The notes: generated by a model not told the origin, from the letters alone. 32,973 nt of DNA from Terrimesophilobacter sp. (GCA_039925105.1 JBDSZO010000089.1:1-32973); one strand, 5' to 3'; counted from the first letter of the stretch, positions 8,801 to 18,903 are shown. Translations and numbers: made by a program.

Positions 8801-11035
8801 TTACTCCGCTGGCGACGGGAGCCCATCGGGCAGCTTCTCAGTGCTGACCATCACCAGGCGCTGGGTCGGTCGGGTCATCGCGACATAGAGCGCGGCGGCG
8901 CCCCGAGCGCTCGCCGCAACGATGCGCGCAGGCTCGACAATGACAACGGAGTCAAACTCCAACCCCTTTGCCTCCTGGGCCGTCATCACCGCAATATCCG
9001 AGGTGAGTGCATCGGATCCATGGCCGACTCGATCGCCGAAAACCTGCTGGAGTGCTTCTGTCGCGCTGGCAACATCCTCATCAACAGCGATCACGGCCAT
9101 CGTGCCCGGCACCTCAAGCGCCTTGTGTGCAGCCTCGACGACATTCGAGACGACCTCGAGTGGCCACTGGCCTGGGCGCACGGAGCTTGCCAAAGTTACC
9201 GGCAGGCCGTGGGCGACCGCCATCGAATCGGCGGCGGCCGCGATCCGTCCTGGCGTGCGGTAGTTCACCGTGAGTTCTTCACGCCGGATCCAATCCTCGG
9301 TGTGTCGCTCACCAACCAGTGGCGTCAGCGCGTGTTCCCAAGTTTCCGCAGCCGACGCCGCAGCGGCCTGTGCAATATCGCCGACGATGGTGAAAGACCT
9401 ACCAGGACCCCGGCGTTGCAGCAAACGCCACTGCATCGGTGAAAGTTCCTGCGCCTCGTCAACGACAATGTGACCGTAAGCCCAGCGCCGATCTGACGCC
9501 GCGCGCTCGGCAGTTGTGCCGGCATCCGCGAATTCGGCAAAACCACTCGCGAGCGACTTTGCGTCGACAATTCCAGAAACGCCCATGTTTTCGATCGCCT
9601 GTTCCGCGTTCTCCACGTCGCGTGCTCGCTGCAACTTTGCTTCACGGCGGACCGCAGCATCGCTCACGCTCGCCTCACCCAGCAACTCGGCGGCCTCATC
9701 CAGCAGTGGAATATCCGAAATGGTGAACGCCGCCCCGCGCCCCCGCTGTACCAACGCGCGCTCCTCTGCACTCCAGTCCGGAGTCAACTCGGCCAGCCAG
9801 TGCGGCCTTGCATACAGGTCTGCCACCAGTTTCTGCGGCGTCAACGGCAACCACGCCGTGTTCAACGCAACCCGCACATCGCTTGAGGTTCGCAGATCCT
9901 CGCGCAGAAGCGCCTGGTCAGACTCATCGATCGAGTTGCCGTTCTCGCGCAACTGCGCAACCAATTGCCTGGTCAATGCGGTCAATGCTGCCTTTACAAA
10001 AATGACTCGCGCCTGGTTGTAAGGCTTGCCGGAGTCACGGGCCCTGCTCATGGCGTTGGCAACGAGAGCGGGGTCGAGCGTGACGCGTTCTCCGTTAACG
10101 TCCAGGTCTTGCGGTTCTGCAGGAATCCGTTGGCGCGACCGAACCGCACGCGCCAGGAGCGCCGCCATCCTGGCGTCACCCTTGAGCACTGCCACCTCGC
10201 TGACATCGTCGGTGGTCGCTTCAACCCCGGGGAACAGCGAACCAAGGCTGGCCAGAACGACGCCGGACTCCCCGAGTGACGGCAAAACCGATTCAATGTA
10301 GCGAAGGAATGAACGGGACGGGCCAACGATGAGCACGCCACTCGACCGCAGTCGCTCACGGTGCGAGTACAGCAGGAACGCTGCTCGATGCAGCGCCACC
10401 GCAGTTTTGCCAGTGCCGGGCCCACCCTGGACCACGAGAACGCCGCGAAGGTCAGACCGGATGATGCGGTCCTGCTCCGCCTGGATGGTGGCGACAATGT
10501 CCGACATCCGTCCGGTACGCTGCGCGGACAGGGCAGCCAACAGTGCGCCCTCCCCCTGCAACTGGACGGTCGGCTCCGTAAGAAGTTCAGAGTCGAAGAT
10601 CTCATCCTCGATACGGATCAGTTTTCGTCCGCTCGAAATCAGGTGACGACGTGCGCGTGTACCCATCGGCGTCTTTGCGGTTGCCTGATAGAACGCGCTC
10701 GCCCGCGGGACACGCCAGTCGAGCAAAAGCGGTTGCTGATCCGCATCGCGCAATCCGATCCGCCCGATGTATCGGTGGATGCTCTGCCCGTCGTCACCCA
10801 GCACGTCGAGGCGCCCAAACGCCAGACGCTCACCAACCTCACGCAACTGGCCGAGACGGTCTTCGTAGAGGCGAGCGAAACTGTCGCGTTCACTTCTGGC
10901 CTGGTGTCCACCGCCAACGCTTTGGCTTCTGATCTCGGAGAGCTGGGCTTCAGTCTCATCCTGAAGCTCGTCGAGCCGCTGATACAGCGCGCCAATGTAC
11001 TCGCGCTCGCGATCGAGTTCGCTTAATCCCACCAA
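8801..11035 (-). CDS. helD: HelD-family SF1 helicase-like ATPase (RNA polymerase recycling type)
   Basis: YIGRIGL...LLLDWRVP, GRMSDIVATIQAEQDRIIR, Walker A GGPGTGKT, VVDEAQE, VGDIAQ, LTVNYRTP, KGLEFDSV, LYVAMTR. Confidence 0.85.
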   Translation of the reverse strand: MVGLSELDREREYIGALYQRLDELQDETEAQLSEIRSQSVGGGHQARSERDSFARLYEDRLGQLREVGERLAFGRLDVLGDDGQSIHRYIGRIGLRDADQQPLLLDWRVPRASAFYQATAKTPMGTRARRHLISSGRKLIRIEDEIFDSELLTEPTVQLQGEGALLAALSAQRTGRMSDIVATIQAEQDRIIRSDLRGVLVVQGGPGTGKTAVALHRAAFLLYSHRERLRSSGVLIVGPSRSFLRYIESVLPSLGESGVVLASLGSLFPGVEATTDDVSEVAVLKGDARMAALLARAVRSRQRIPAEPQDLDVNGERVTLDPALVANAMSRARDSGKPYNQARVIFVKAALTALTRQLVAQLRENGNSIDESDQALLREDLRTSSDVRVALNTAWLPLTPQKLVADLYARPHWLAELTPDWSAEERALVQRGRGAAFTISDIPLLDEAAELLGEASVSDAAVRREAKLQRARDVENAEQAIENMGVSGIVDAKSLASGFAEFADAGTTAERAASDRRWAYGHIVVDEAQELSPMQWRLLQRRGPGRSFTIVGDIAQAAAASAAETWEHALTPLVGERHTEDWIRREELTVNYRTPGRIAAAADSMAVAHGLPVTLASSVRPGQWPLEVVSNVVEAAHKALEVPGTMAVIAVDEDVASATEALQQVFGDRVGHGSDALTSDIAVMTAQEAKGLEFDSVVIVEPARIVAASARGAAALYVAMTRPTQRLVMVSTEKLPDGLPSPAE

Positions 11036-11076
11036 GACTCACATCCCTTGAAATTCGGACACGCAAGTCTATCGGG

Positions 11077-11880
11077 TTACTCGGATTGGGTTTCCTGCCC
11101 CTGTTGCTCACGCAGGATTGCCAACGCTCGGGAGACCCGCTCGGTCAGACCGCTCACTTTGCGCGGAGCCTTACGCTCGAGATCGTCCAAAACCACTATC
11201 GCTTCTGCCCGCAACTTGGCGTGCACAGCGTTGAGGGCAAGATTTCGGGCCAGGGAGATGCGCGCACCGGCAAACGCGAGCCAACCGGTGATCGCCAGCG
11301 GAACAACAAAGACTATGGGCGCCCACATCGGAGCTTCGCCGAGTGTCGCCAGCCACACGATTGCCGCAAGGTCGAGAAGTGCAAGGAGCGGCGGAATAGC
11401 GCGGACGAACCTTCCCAGTGCAACACGTTTGCTCAGGTCGTTCTGGCGGGCGTCGAGGGTCTCGACCCACCGTCGATAATCAGCGAGCCTCCCGCGCGAC
11501 ATGCGGATCGCTGGCAGCGCCCGAAGTTCGTCGCGGATCACCTGATAGCCGGTGAGTGGTCGGCGCAGGGCTCGCGCGGCCAGAAGTGCAACGACTGCAG
11601 CCAGTGCGCTCAGCGCAACCAGCAGCAGCAGTCCGGACAGCGGCTCGCTGTTACCGATCAGGAAAACCGCAAAATTTACACCAACGATGAGCGTAACCGC
11701 GGCGATCGAGCAGAGGGTGATAGTCCAGGCGAGACCGCGATCGCGATCCCGGGACCCGGCGGCGCGCCCGGCCCGGCGCACCTGGTGGCCCGTGACAACA
11801 TCCACAAGTTGAAGCATTAATCCGAGAGCAAACGCGCTTGTCACAATCGTGACGAAAACGCCCAGTGTCGTTGAGTTCAT
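11077..11880 (-). CDS. Hypothetical integral membrane protein (about 5 TM)
   Basis: 267-aa ORF filling the gap, GGGAG RBS, several long hydrophobic segments, no recognisable family motif. Confidence 0.75.
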   Translation of the reverse strand: MNSTTLGVFVTIVTSAFALGLMLQLVDVVTGHQVRRAGRAAGSRDRDRGLAWTITLCSIAAVTLIVGVNFAVFLIGNSEPLSGLLLLVALSALAAVVALLAARALRRPLTGYQVIRDELRALPAIRMSRGRLADYRRWVETLDARQNDLSKRVALGRFVRAIPPLLALLDLAAIVWLATLGEAPMWAPIVFVVPLAITGWLAFAGARISLARNLALNAVHAKLRAEAIVVLDDLERKAPRKVSGLTERVSRALAILREQQGQETQSE

Positions 11881-11902
11881 GGCAGCTCCCTTGCCTGCAG
11901 GC

Positions 11903-13261
11903 CTAAAAGACCTTGCCTGGGTTCAGTATCCCCTGTGGATCGAAAACGTGCTTGATCTGACGTTGCAATTCGAGTTGGGTTGATCCGAGTTCGTCGCCCA
12001 ACCACCGCTTCTTCAGTACCCCGACACCGTGTTCACCGGTCAAGGTACCGCCCATCCGGATGGCGGCCGCAAACAGTTCCCCGGCGGCGTCCCACACGAT
12101 CTGCGGAATTTCGGGTGTGTCTACGAGGAAGTTGGGGTGCAGATTCCCGTCGCCAGCGTGTGCGACCGTCGGAATGCTGAGACCAAACTTCTTTTCGAGC
12201 ACAGCAATCGCTGCGAACATCTCCGGCAGGCGACTGCGTGGGACCGCGACGTCCTCAATGAGTACCGTCCCTCTCGCTGCCAACGCCGGATGGAACGAGC
12301 GTCGAACGGCCAACAGCCGCTCCCCCTGCTGCTCATCCATGCTCACTTCGACGGTGCCGCGATGAGATCGGAGGATGCTGGCGATCTTGTTCGCCTCGGT
12401 CGCACTCTCCGAACCATCGCATTGGGCGAGGAGGTAGCCCTGGCCTTGTGACGAAAGGTCAAGCCCGAGGTACTCGTCGATGAGCTGAAGACTTGTCGAA
12501 TCCAGGAGCTCCAAAACGGCCGGGGTCAGACCGGACGCGGTGATCGCGGCCGCAGCGTGGGCGGCAGAATCAACATTCGGAAATAGTGCGCTGAGCGTCG
12601 CTCTCGGACCTTTCGGAATCGGCAGCAACCGCAGGGTTGCGTCGACGACAACGCCGAGGGTCCCCTCCGAACCGATCATGAGCGCGGTCAGGTCAAGGCC
12701 TGTCACGCCTTTCACCGTGCGGTGACCTATTCGCATGACGTCACCGGAAGCCAAAACCACCGTGAGACCGAGTACCGCTTCGCGCGTCACACCGTACTTG
12801 GCACAAAGCAATCCGCCAGCGTTGGTCGCGATATTCCCGCCGATGGTTGAAATTGCCCGGCTTGCCGGATCCGGTGCGAACCAGAGACCGTGCTTACTCA
12901 GCGAATCGTTGAAGTCTCCGTTCAAGATCCCCGGCTCAACTACCGCAAGCTGGTCTTCAACCGAAAGCTCCAGAACGCGGTTCATCCTTCGCAGTGAAAG
13001 AACTATCTCACCCGTTGACCCGGTTCCACCGCCGGCAAGTCCTGTGCCGGCGCCACGCGGAACAACCGGCACCGAATGTTGAGACGCTATGCGCAAGACT
13101 GCTTGGACATCCGAGATCGTTCTCGCGCTGACGACGGCAAGCGGTATGCCGGAAGAACGGTAACCCGATTGGTCACTGCGTGCATCCTCGAGCGCCACGG
13201 CTCCGGTGGCAACTTTCGATCCGAGTTCGGCGCGAAGATGCCGCAACGCGACGTCGGTCAT
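11903..13261 (-). CDS. FAD-linked oxidase (GlcD / D-lactate dehydrogenase-like)
   Basis: VVPRGAGTGLAGG, PDPAS, GGNIATNAGG, GSEGTLGVV, AHAGDGNLHP, GEHGVG, DPQGILNPGK. ATGA overlap with the ribokinase stop. Confidence 0.93.
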   Translation of the reverse strand: MTDVALRHLRAELGSKVATGAVALEDARSDQSGYRSSGIPLAVVSARTISDVQAVLRIASQHSVPVVPRGAGTGLAGGGTGSTGEIVLSLRRMNRVLELSVEDQLAVVEPGILNGDFNDSLSKHGLWFAPDPASRAISTIGGNIATNAGGLLCAKYGVTREAVLGLTVVLASGDVMRIGHRTVKGVTGLDLTALMIGSEGTLGVVVDATLRLLPIPKGPRATLSALFPNVDSAAHAAAAITASGLTPAVLELLDSTSLQLIDEYLGLDLSSQGQGYLLAQCDGSESATEANKIASILRSHRGTVEVSMDEQQGERLLAVRRSFHPALAARGTVLIEDVAVPRSRLPEMFAAIAVLEKKFGLSIPTVAHAGDGNLHPNFLVDTPEIPQIVWDAAGELFAAAIRMGGTLTGEHGVGVLKKRWLGDELGSTQLELQRQIKHVFDPQGILNPGKVF

Positions 13262-14172
13262 GACTGTTGACCGAGCAGAGCGTCGATCGCCTCCCGGGAC
13301 GGAATCGAGGGCACCGCTCCGAGTGTTTGCACCGAAATCGCCGCCGCCGCCGTGGCGAATGCTGCGGCCTCAGCGAAAGTCCGGCCTTCGGCAATCGCCG
13401 CAGCCAGGGCGCCACAGTAGGTGTCGCCAGCACCGGTAGTGTCAATGGCCGTGACTGTTCTCGCCGGCACTCGAGAGACCTCGCGCCCCGCCTCAAAAAG
13501 CACAGAACCGTCCCCACCGAGGGTGACGACGAGACGGTTGACCCGGCAAGCGAGTCGTGCGGAGGCTTTAGAAACGTCATCGCTGCCCCCGATCAGGCAC
13601 GCTTCATGCTCGTTGACTATCAGGTAGTCCAGGGCATCGATAAGTTCATCCGGCAACTCTTGCGCGGGGGCCGCATTGACAATGACGGTCGTTCCGGCTT
13701 CCCTCGCACACCGTGCAGCATCCACGACTGTCGCAACCGGCAGTTCCAACTGCATCAGAAGTACCGCCGATGATGCGATGACGTTGCGCTCGTGTTCTCC
13801 AAGCTCGGTAACAGTGGCGTTGGCACCGGAGGCAACGATGATGGTGTTTTCGGCGTTGTCCGCCACGACAATGAACGCCTGCCCGCTGGGTTCGTCGGAG
13901 TGACGCACCATGGTGGTCTCCATGCCAGCCTCGGTCATCGTGGCCTCAAGTTCCGCGCCGTGGGCGTCGCGGCCCAACGCCCCGAGGAACGTCGTTGCAG
14001 CGCCAGCCCGCGCTGCAGCGACCGCCTGATTGAGCCCCTTGCCTCCCGGATACGTCGCCTGCGAGGAGGCCAACAGGGTCTCTCCAGGCCCAGGGATCCG
14101 ATCAACGGTGAACACAACATCCATGTTCGCGCTCCCCAGCATTGCGATGCCCGAGTGCGCGAGATTTTCCAT
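13258..14172 (-). CDS. rbsK: Ribokinase (PfkB family)
   Basis: GSANMD, PGPGETL, GGKGLNQAVAAARAGA, IVNEHEA, DTTGAGDTYCG. Confidence 0.9.
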   Translation of the reverse strand: MENLAHSGIAMLGSANMDVVFTVDRIPGPGETLLASSQATYPGGKGLNQAVAAARAGAATTFLGALGRDAHGAELEATMTEAGMETTMVRHSDEPSGQAFIVVADNAENTIIVASGANATVTELGEHERNVIASSAVLLMQLELPVATVVDAARCAREAGTTVIVNAAPAQELPDELIDALDYLIVNEHEACLIGGSDDVSKASARLACRVNRLVVTLGGDGSVLFEAGREVSRVPARTVTAIDTTGAGDTYCGALAAAIAEGRTFAEAAAFATAAAAISVQTLGAVPSIPSREAIDALLGQQS

Positions 14173-14244
14173 ACACCAACATTATCGGGATGTCGCAGTA
14201 CCCCAATCGTGCCAGTCACCGCGACAATAAGGCAGAGTGGACCT

Positions 14245-15144
14245 GTGCACGAAACCCGACTTTCCACCGCTGGCCCGTTTGACGGCGAAGGTGTGCTCCG
14301 CTACCTGGCCGGGCACGCAATCCCGGGTGTCGAATTCGCAGACGCCAAGCGCTACCGACGCGTTGTGCGCCTGGATTCTGGCGGCCACACGTCGTTGCTG
14401 GTGCGCCTCGATGGCCCAGAGGGCATCAAGGTGCTGATTGACGAACCTGCCCCAAAAGTGCCCATCCCCGACGAGCCTGTGCCTGCTGCGCCAGTGCCTG
14501 GCAGTCCAGACCCTAAGGACGTGCTGGCACGGGTGCGGCAGTTGGCGAACCTCGACGCGGACTCCACCACGATCGATGCGCACCTGAGCGCGGATGCGGC
14601 ATTGGCACAGCGCGTACAAGCGAATCCCGGTATCCGTGTGCCCGGCACACTTGATCCGCAGGAACAACTGTTCAGGACACTCATCGGTCAGCAGATTTCA
14701 ATCAGCGCCGCACGAACCGTTCTGGGGGCCCTGGTGAAAAAACTTTGCGGTGAATCCGGGCAATTCCCCACTGCGGAACAGATCGCCGCGCGCGGCCAGG
14801 AAGTATTGCGCGGGCCGAAAGCGCGCATCGCGACGATTCTCACGGTTGCCCAGGCTCTTGCGTCAGGGGAGTTAACCATCAGCCGGTCCCACAACGTCGA
14901 AGAGCTCACCGAACGGCTCACCGCATTTGCCGGCATCGGTCCGTGGACGGCCGGGTATGTGGCTATGCGGGTGCTTGGTGCGCCTGACGTGCTGCTGTCG
15001 ACCGACACCGTTCTGCTGAAAGGTGCCGCTGCACTCGGCCTGCCATCAACCCCGCGCGGAATCGCTGACTACGGTCAGCGCTGGGCGCCTTACCGCAGCT
15101 ACGCAGGGTTGCACCTGTGGCGGGCTGCGCAGTCTTCTCGATAG
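14245..15144 (+). CDS. alkA: AlkA-type DNA-3-methyladenine glycosylase (AlkA_N plus HhH-GPD, no Ada domain)
   Basis: LAGHAIPGVE, PGIRVPG, LIGQQIS, HhH GIGPWTAGYVAMR, WAPYRSYA..HLW. Leaderless GTG 14245. Confidence 0.85.
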   Translation: MHETRLSTAGPFDGEGVLRYLAGHAIPGVEFADAKRYRRVVRLDSGGHTSLLVRLDGPEGIKVLIDEPAPKVPIPDEPVPAAPVPGSPDPKDVLARVRQLANLDADSTTIDAHLSADAALAQRVQANPGIRVPGTLDPQEQLFRTLIGQQISISAARTVLGALVKKLCGESGQFPTAEQIAARGQEVLRGPKARIATILTVAQALASGELTISRSHNVEELTERLTAFAGIGPWTAGYVAMRVLGAPDVLLSTDTVLLKGAAALGLPSTPRGIADYGQRWAPYRSYAGLHLWRAAQSSR

Positions 15145-15192
15145 CGCGACATCGTGGTGGCTGTACTCAGAATCAGTCAGTAGCGTTGAGGT

Positions 15193-15693
15193 ATGAAATA
15201 TAAGGTTCTTTTAGTCGTCGGTGTCGGAATTGGTTACATTCTCGGGGCACGCGCAGGTCGCCCGCGATACGAGAAGATCAAGGCAAAGGCCACAGATGCC
15301 TGGGAAGACCCGCGGGTGCAGAAGGTTGTCACAGACGGCCAGGCATTCGTCAAAGAGAACGCGCCCATCGTTCAGGACAAGGTTGTCGCGGGAACGCGGG
15401 CCGCCGTTGCAGGAACTCAGGCGACGTATGCAAAGACCGCCGAAACGGCCAAAGAGATTTCTGACACTGTCGTCAAGACAGCCAAAGACACCTCAGAGAA
15501 GGTCGCCGGGACCGCCAGAGAGGTGACAAGCAAGGTCGCCAAGACGACCCAGGGCGTGCGCGAAAAGATCGCGGGTGCGGCAAACGAAGTTCGGGCAGCC
15601 CTCAGCGACAGGGGCGACGAAGTTGTCGATGGAGTGATCATCGCCGCCGTCAAGGCTCGCGACAGCGCGCTGGAAGACGACGCCGACGACTAG
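15193..15693 (+). CDS. YtxH-like membrane-anchored protein with 11-residue amphipathic repeats
   Basis: N-terminal GVGIGYILGARAGRPRYEKIK motif, then LEA-like 11-mers (TAETAKEISDT / VVKTAKDTSEK / VAGTAREVTSK). Confidence 0.8.
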   Translation: MKYKVLLVVGVGIGYILGARAGRPRYEKIKAKATDAWEDPRVQKVVTDGQAFVKENAPIVQDKVVAGTRAAVAGTQATYAKTAETAKEISDTVVKTAKDTSEKVAGTAREVTSKVAKTTQGVREKIAGAANEVRAALSDRGDEVVDGVIIAAVKARDSALEDDADD

Positions 15694-15705
15694 GTCGGCT
15701 CGAAT

Positions 15706-17190
15706 TCAGTCCTGCGACGTGTGCACCGGTTGGATGACATTAATTACGCCAGTCATCGGAGCCAGCCCACTGAGTCGTTCCGGCGAGAGCACACGCGCAA
15801 CATCCTCAGCGCTCATCAACCCGGCCGCAATCACCAGGTCAGCGATCGATGCATCGGTAGTCAGGGCGGTGTGCGCAAGCGTTGCAGACGCCGCGTAGCC
15901 GATGTACGGCGTCAAGGCCGTAACGACCCCAACCGAGGACTCAACCTGCGCGGCAAGCCGGGACGTGTTTGGCGTAATTCCGTCGATGCAGTGCACCCGC
16001 AGGGTGTAGCAGGCGTTGGTCATCCATGCGATCGACTGCAAGATGCTGTGCGCAATCACCGGCTCGAACGCGTTGAGTTGAAGCTGGCCGGCTTCAGCCG
16101 CAGCAGTGACAGTAGCATCCGCACCAATCACGCTGAACGCGACCTGGTTCACAACCTCCGGAATGACCGGGTTGACCTTCCCAGGCATGATCGACGACCC
16201 CGCCTGGCGAACCGGGAGGTTGATCTCGCCGATGCCCGCCTGCGGGCCGCTCGACAACAGTCGAAGGTCGTTGCAGATTTTGGAGAGTTTGACCGCCGCG
16301 CGCTTGAGATGACCGCTCAGGGTCATGAAGATCCCCGCATCGCTGGTGGCTTCGATGAGATCCGGCGAGGTGACCATGTCGACGCCCGCAATGACGGACA
16401 GGTGTTGGCGAACCGATTCGGCATACCTGGGATCAGCAGTGATTCCGGTGCCGATTGCGGTCGCCCCCATATTGATCTCGTTCAACCAGGGAATTGTTTC
16501 GTTCAACCGGTCGTAGTCCTCCGCAATGGTGTGGGCGAAGCCATTGAACTCCTGACCGAGGGTCATCGGTACCGCATCCTGCAGCTGGGTGCGTCCAACT
16601 TTCAAGATGTTGGCGAACTCCGTGCCTTTCGCGGCGAACGCCGCCGTCAACTTGACGTGCTCATTGAGCAACCGCTGTGTTCCAAGAACCATCGCCAGCT
16701 TGATGGCGGTGGGGTAAACGTCATTTGTGCTTTGGCTCCGATTAACGTCATCGATCGGGTGGAAGCTCACATAGTCCCCGAATGGCTTGCCGGAAAGCTC
16801 CAGACACCGGTTCGCAATGACATCGTTGGTGTTCATGTTGGTAGAGGTTCCTGCGCCTCCCTGAATGACGCCAACCATGAACTGGTCATGTAGTTCACCG
16901 TCGATGATCTCCTGACACACGCGGTCAATGAGATCCGCTTTCCCGGCACTGAGCGTCCCCAAATCCTTGTTGGCCCTCGCTGCTGACTGTTTGACCATTC
17001 CCAGAGCACGGATCAGGTCAGGGTAAACCGAGATCGGGCGCCTCGTGATCGGGAAATTCTCGCGCGCCCGTTCTGTGTGTATTCCCCAATAAGCATCCGC
17101 CGGGATCTCCATCGATCCGACCGAATCACTTTCAGTCCTCGTGGGACCGTCATGCGCTGACACTGGCAACGCACTTGGCGCTTCACTCAT
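15706..17190 (-). CDS. aspA: Aspartate ammonia-lyase
   Basis: YWGIHTERA.ENF, IQGGAGTSTNMN, SQSTNDVYPT, KVGRTQLQDAVP, GSSIMPGKVNPVIPE, GQLQLN. ATG 17190 with GAAGGAG RBS. Confidence 0.93.
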   Translation of the reverse strand: MSEAPSALPVSAHDGPTRTESDSVGSMEIPADAYWGIHTERARENFPITRRPISVYPDLIRALGMVKQSAARANKDLGTLSAGKADLIDRVCQEIIDGELHDQFMVGVIQGGAGTSTNMNTNDVIANRCLELSGKPFGDYVSFHPIDDVNRSQSTNDVYPTAIKLAMVLGTQRLLNEHVKLTAAFAAKGTEFANILKVGRTQLQDAVPMTLGQEFNGFAHTIAEDYDRLNETIPWLNEINMGATAIGTGITADPRYAESVRQHLSVIAGVDMVTSPDLIEATSDAGIFMTLSGHLKRAAVKLSKICNDLRLLSSGPQAGIGEINLPVRQAGSSIMPGKVNPVIPEVVNQVAFSVIGADATVTAAAEAGQLQLNAFEPVIAHSILQSIAWMTNACYTLRVHCIDGITPNTSRLAAQVESSVGVVTALTPYIGYAASATLAHTALTTDASIADLVIAAGLMSAEDVARVLSPERLSGLAPMTGVINVIQPVHTSQD

Positions 17191-17261
17191 CCGAAATTCT
17201 CCTTCGACACGGGATAGTTCAACTGTACCCGGGGTGAGAACTCTCGACTGAACTCGGACCG

Positions 17262-17492
17262 TCAGTTGAAGGCGGGAACTATCAGATATATGCCGAAGAC
17301 CACCGTGGCAGCACACACCGCGAATGCTGCCAAGGCACCCGCGCCGTAAAGATGGCCTGCAGCTGGACGCGCGGCGCGGGTGCGCTCGCGAGACTCGACC
17401 AGTCGGATGCCAACGGAGGCAAACGTCACGAGCACGCAGGCACCGACGAGAGACGCTACGGCAACAATGCCGAACTCTGCCCACGCAATCAA
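17262..17492 (-). CDS. Small 2-TM membrane protein coupled to the PiT gene
   Basis: TTG start overlaps the PiT TGA stop (TTGA). 76 aa with two hydrophobic helices, ending GIYLIVPAFN. Confidence 0.78.
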   Translation of the reverse strand: MIAWAEFGIVAVASLVGACVLVTFASVGIRLVESRERTRAARPAAGHLYGAGALAAFAVCAATVVFGIYLIVPAFN

Positions 17493-18721
17493 TGTACGTT
17501 CCGTTCGTTGGCCCGCGGTGCAGGCACCGGCGAGTGCCTGGCCGACTTGTTCGAAATGGATGGGGGCGCATTCGGCATCGACATGGTTGGCGTGTGTGCG
17601 CTGTGGACCGAAATTTCGCTCGCCACATTCTTGTGGTTGACCGGGTTGCGGCGGGAGCGGCGGAACATGAGAACGATTACCGCAGCCCCGACCACTGCAT
17701 CGGCAGCGATCCCCCACGGTCCGAGACGGGCGACCAGCTCAGCCACCGCCGCCATTACTGCGGCGGCTGGAAGGGTCACCAGCCAGGCGAGCGCAATTCT
17801 GCCGGCAACCCGCCAACGCACTCCCCGCCGATTCTTGCCGAGCCCTGCACCGATGACTGAGCCGCTGGCCACCTGCGTGGTCGACAGCGCGAATCCGAGG
17901 TGCGAGCTGGCGAGGATGGTCGCCGTTGTTGATGCTTCGGCAGCAAAACCCTGAGGAGGTGCAATGTCGGTAATCGCGGTGCCGATGGTTTTAATGATCC
18001 GCCATCCGCCCATGTAGGTTCCGAGTGCGATGGCAAGCGCACAGACGGCAATCACCCAGAATTCCGGACCGGTGCCAGAGGCTTGGAACCCTCCCGCTAT
18101 GAGCGTGAGAGTGATGATGCCCATCGTCTTTTGGGCATCGTTGGTTCCGTGCGCAAGCGACACCAGGCTTGAGGTGAACACCTGACCGTACTTGAAGCGC
18201 TTCCTTGCCTGATCAGCCTTGGGACCTGCGGTTATCCCATACGCGATCTTGGTTACCACGAACGCCACAATTGCCGCAATGAACGGCGCGAGAATGGCCG
18301 GAAGAACAATTTTGGTCATCAAGACGCTGGGGTCGATCGCACCGAATCCGGTCCCGACAATAACCGCACCGATGAGTCCGCCAAACAACGCGTGCGAAGA
18401 ACTTGACGGAAGGCCGAGCAACCAGGTTGCCAGATTCCACATAATTGCGCCGATCAGTCCAGCGAAGATCATTGTCGGCGTGATTTGGATCCCGCCAGCG
18501 CCTTCACGGATGAGTCCGCCGGAAATGGTTCTGGCGACCTCGGTGCTGAGGAACGCGCCGACCAGATTGAGCACCGCGGCGATCGCCACAGCGACCCTCG
18601 GCTTCAGCGCGCCGGTGGCAATGGGGGTAGCCATCGCGTTGGCGGTGTCGTGAAAGCCGTTGGTGAAATCAAAGAAAAGAGCCAGCACGATAACCAGCGC
18701 GACCATAAGTGAAATGTCCAC
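17489..18721 (-). CDS. pitA: Inorganic phosphate transporter (PiT family)
   Basis: FDFTNGFHDTANAMAT, GLPSSSSHAL, AHGTNDAQKTMG, LSTTQV signatures. Confidence 0.93.
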   Translation of the reverse strand: MDISLMVALVIVLALFFDFTNGFHDTANAMATPIATGALKPRVAVAIAAVLNLVGAFLSTEVARTISGGLIREGAGGIQITPTMIFAGLIGAIMWNLATWLLGLPSSSSHALFGGLIGAVIVGTGFGAIDPSVLMTKIVLPAILAPFIAAIVAFVVTKIAYGITAGPKADQARKRFKYGQVFTSSLVSLAHGTNDAQKTMGIITLTLIAGGFQASGTGPEFWVIAVCALAIALGTYMGGWRIIKTIGTAITDIAPPQGFAAEASTTATILASSHLGFALSTTQVASGSVIGAGLGKNRRGVRWRVAGRIALAWLVTLPAAAVMAAVAELVARLGPWGIAADAVVGAAVIVLMFRRSRRNPVNHKNVASEISVHSAHTPTMSMPNAPPSISNKSARHSPVPAPRANERNVH

Positions 18722-18806
18722 TGCCGACGAGTCTTACATCCCCTCCCCGCAGCGGTCAACAGCGCAGAAAGCGAAGCACAGCGTACGAACATTTACACCC
18801 GCAATC

Positions 18807-18824
18807 ACCCCGTGTACTGGGGGA
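18807..18824. promoter_or_regulatory. 18-bp box between divergent pit and DUF2510 copy 1
   Basis: ACCCCGTGTACTGGGGGA. It lies 33 nt upstream of TAAGCT (18858-18863, +) and 21 nt from TACGCT (18785-18780, -). Confidence 0.5.
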
Positions 18825-18903
18825 AGACAGAGTATTCTCTTTCACCCCCAACCGCACTAAGCTTCTCGCGTAGCCAAGCTGACATGATTGCGGGGATCGC
18901 TTC

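Noticed and set aside
8801-11080. helD as the rifamycin-resistance gene helR
   Set aside because: I see no RAE-type 19-bp inverted repeat upstream, so only a generic HelD call is supported.
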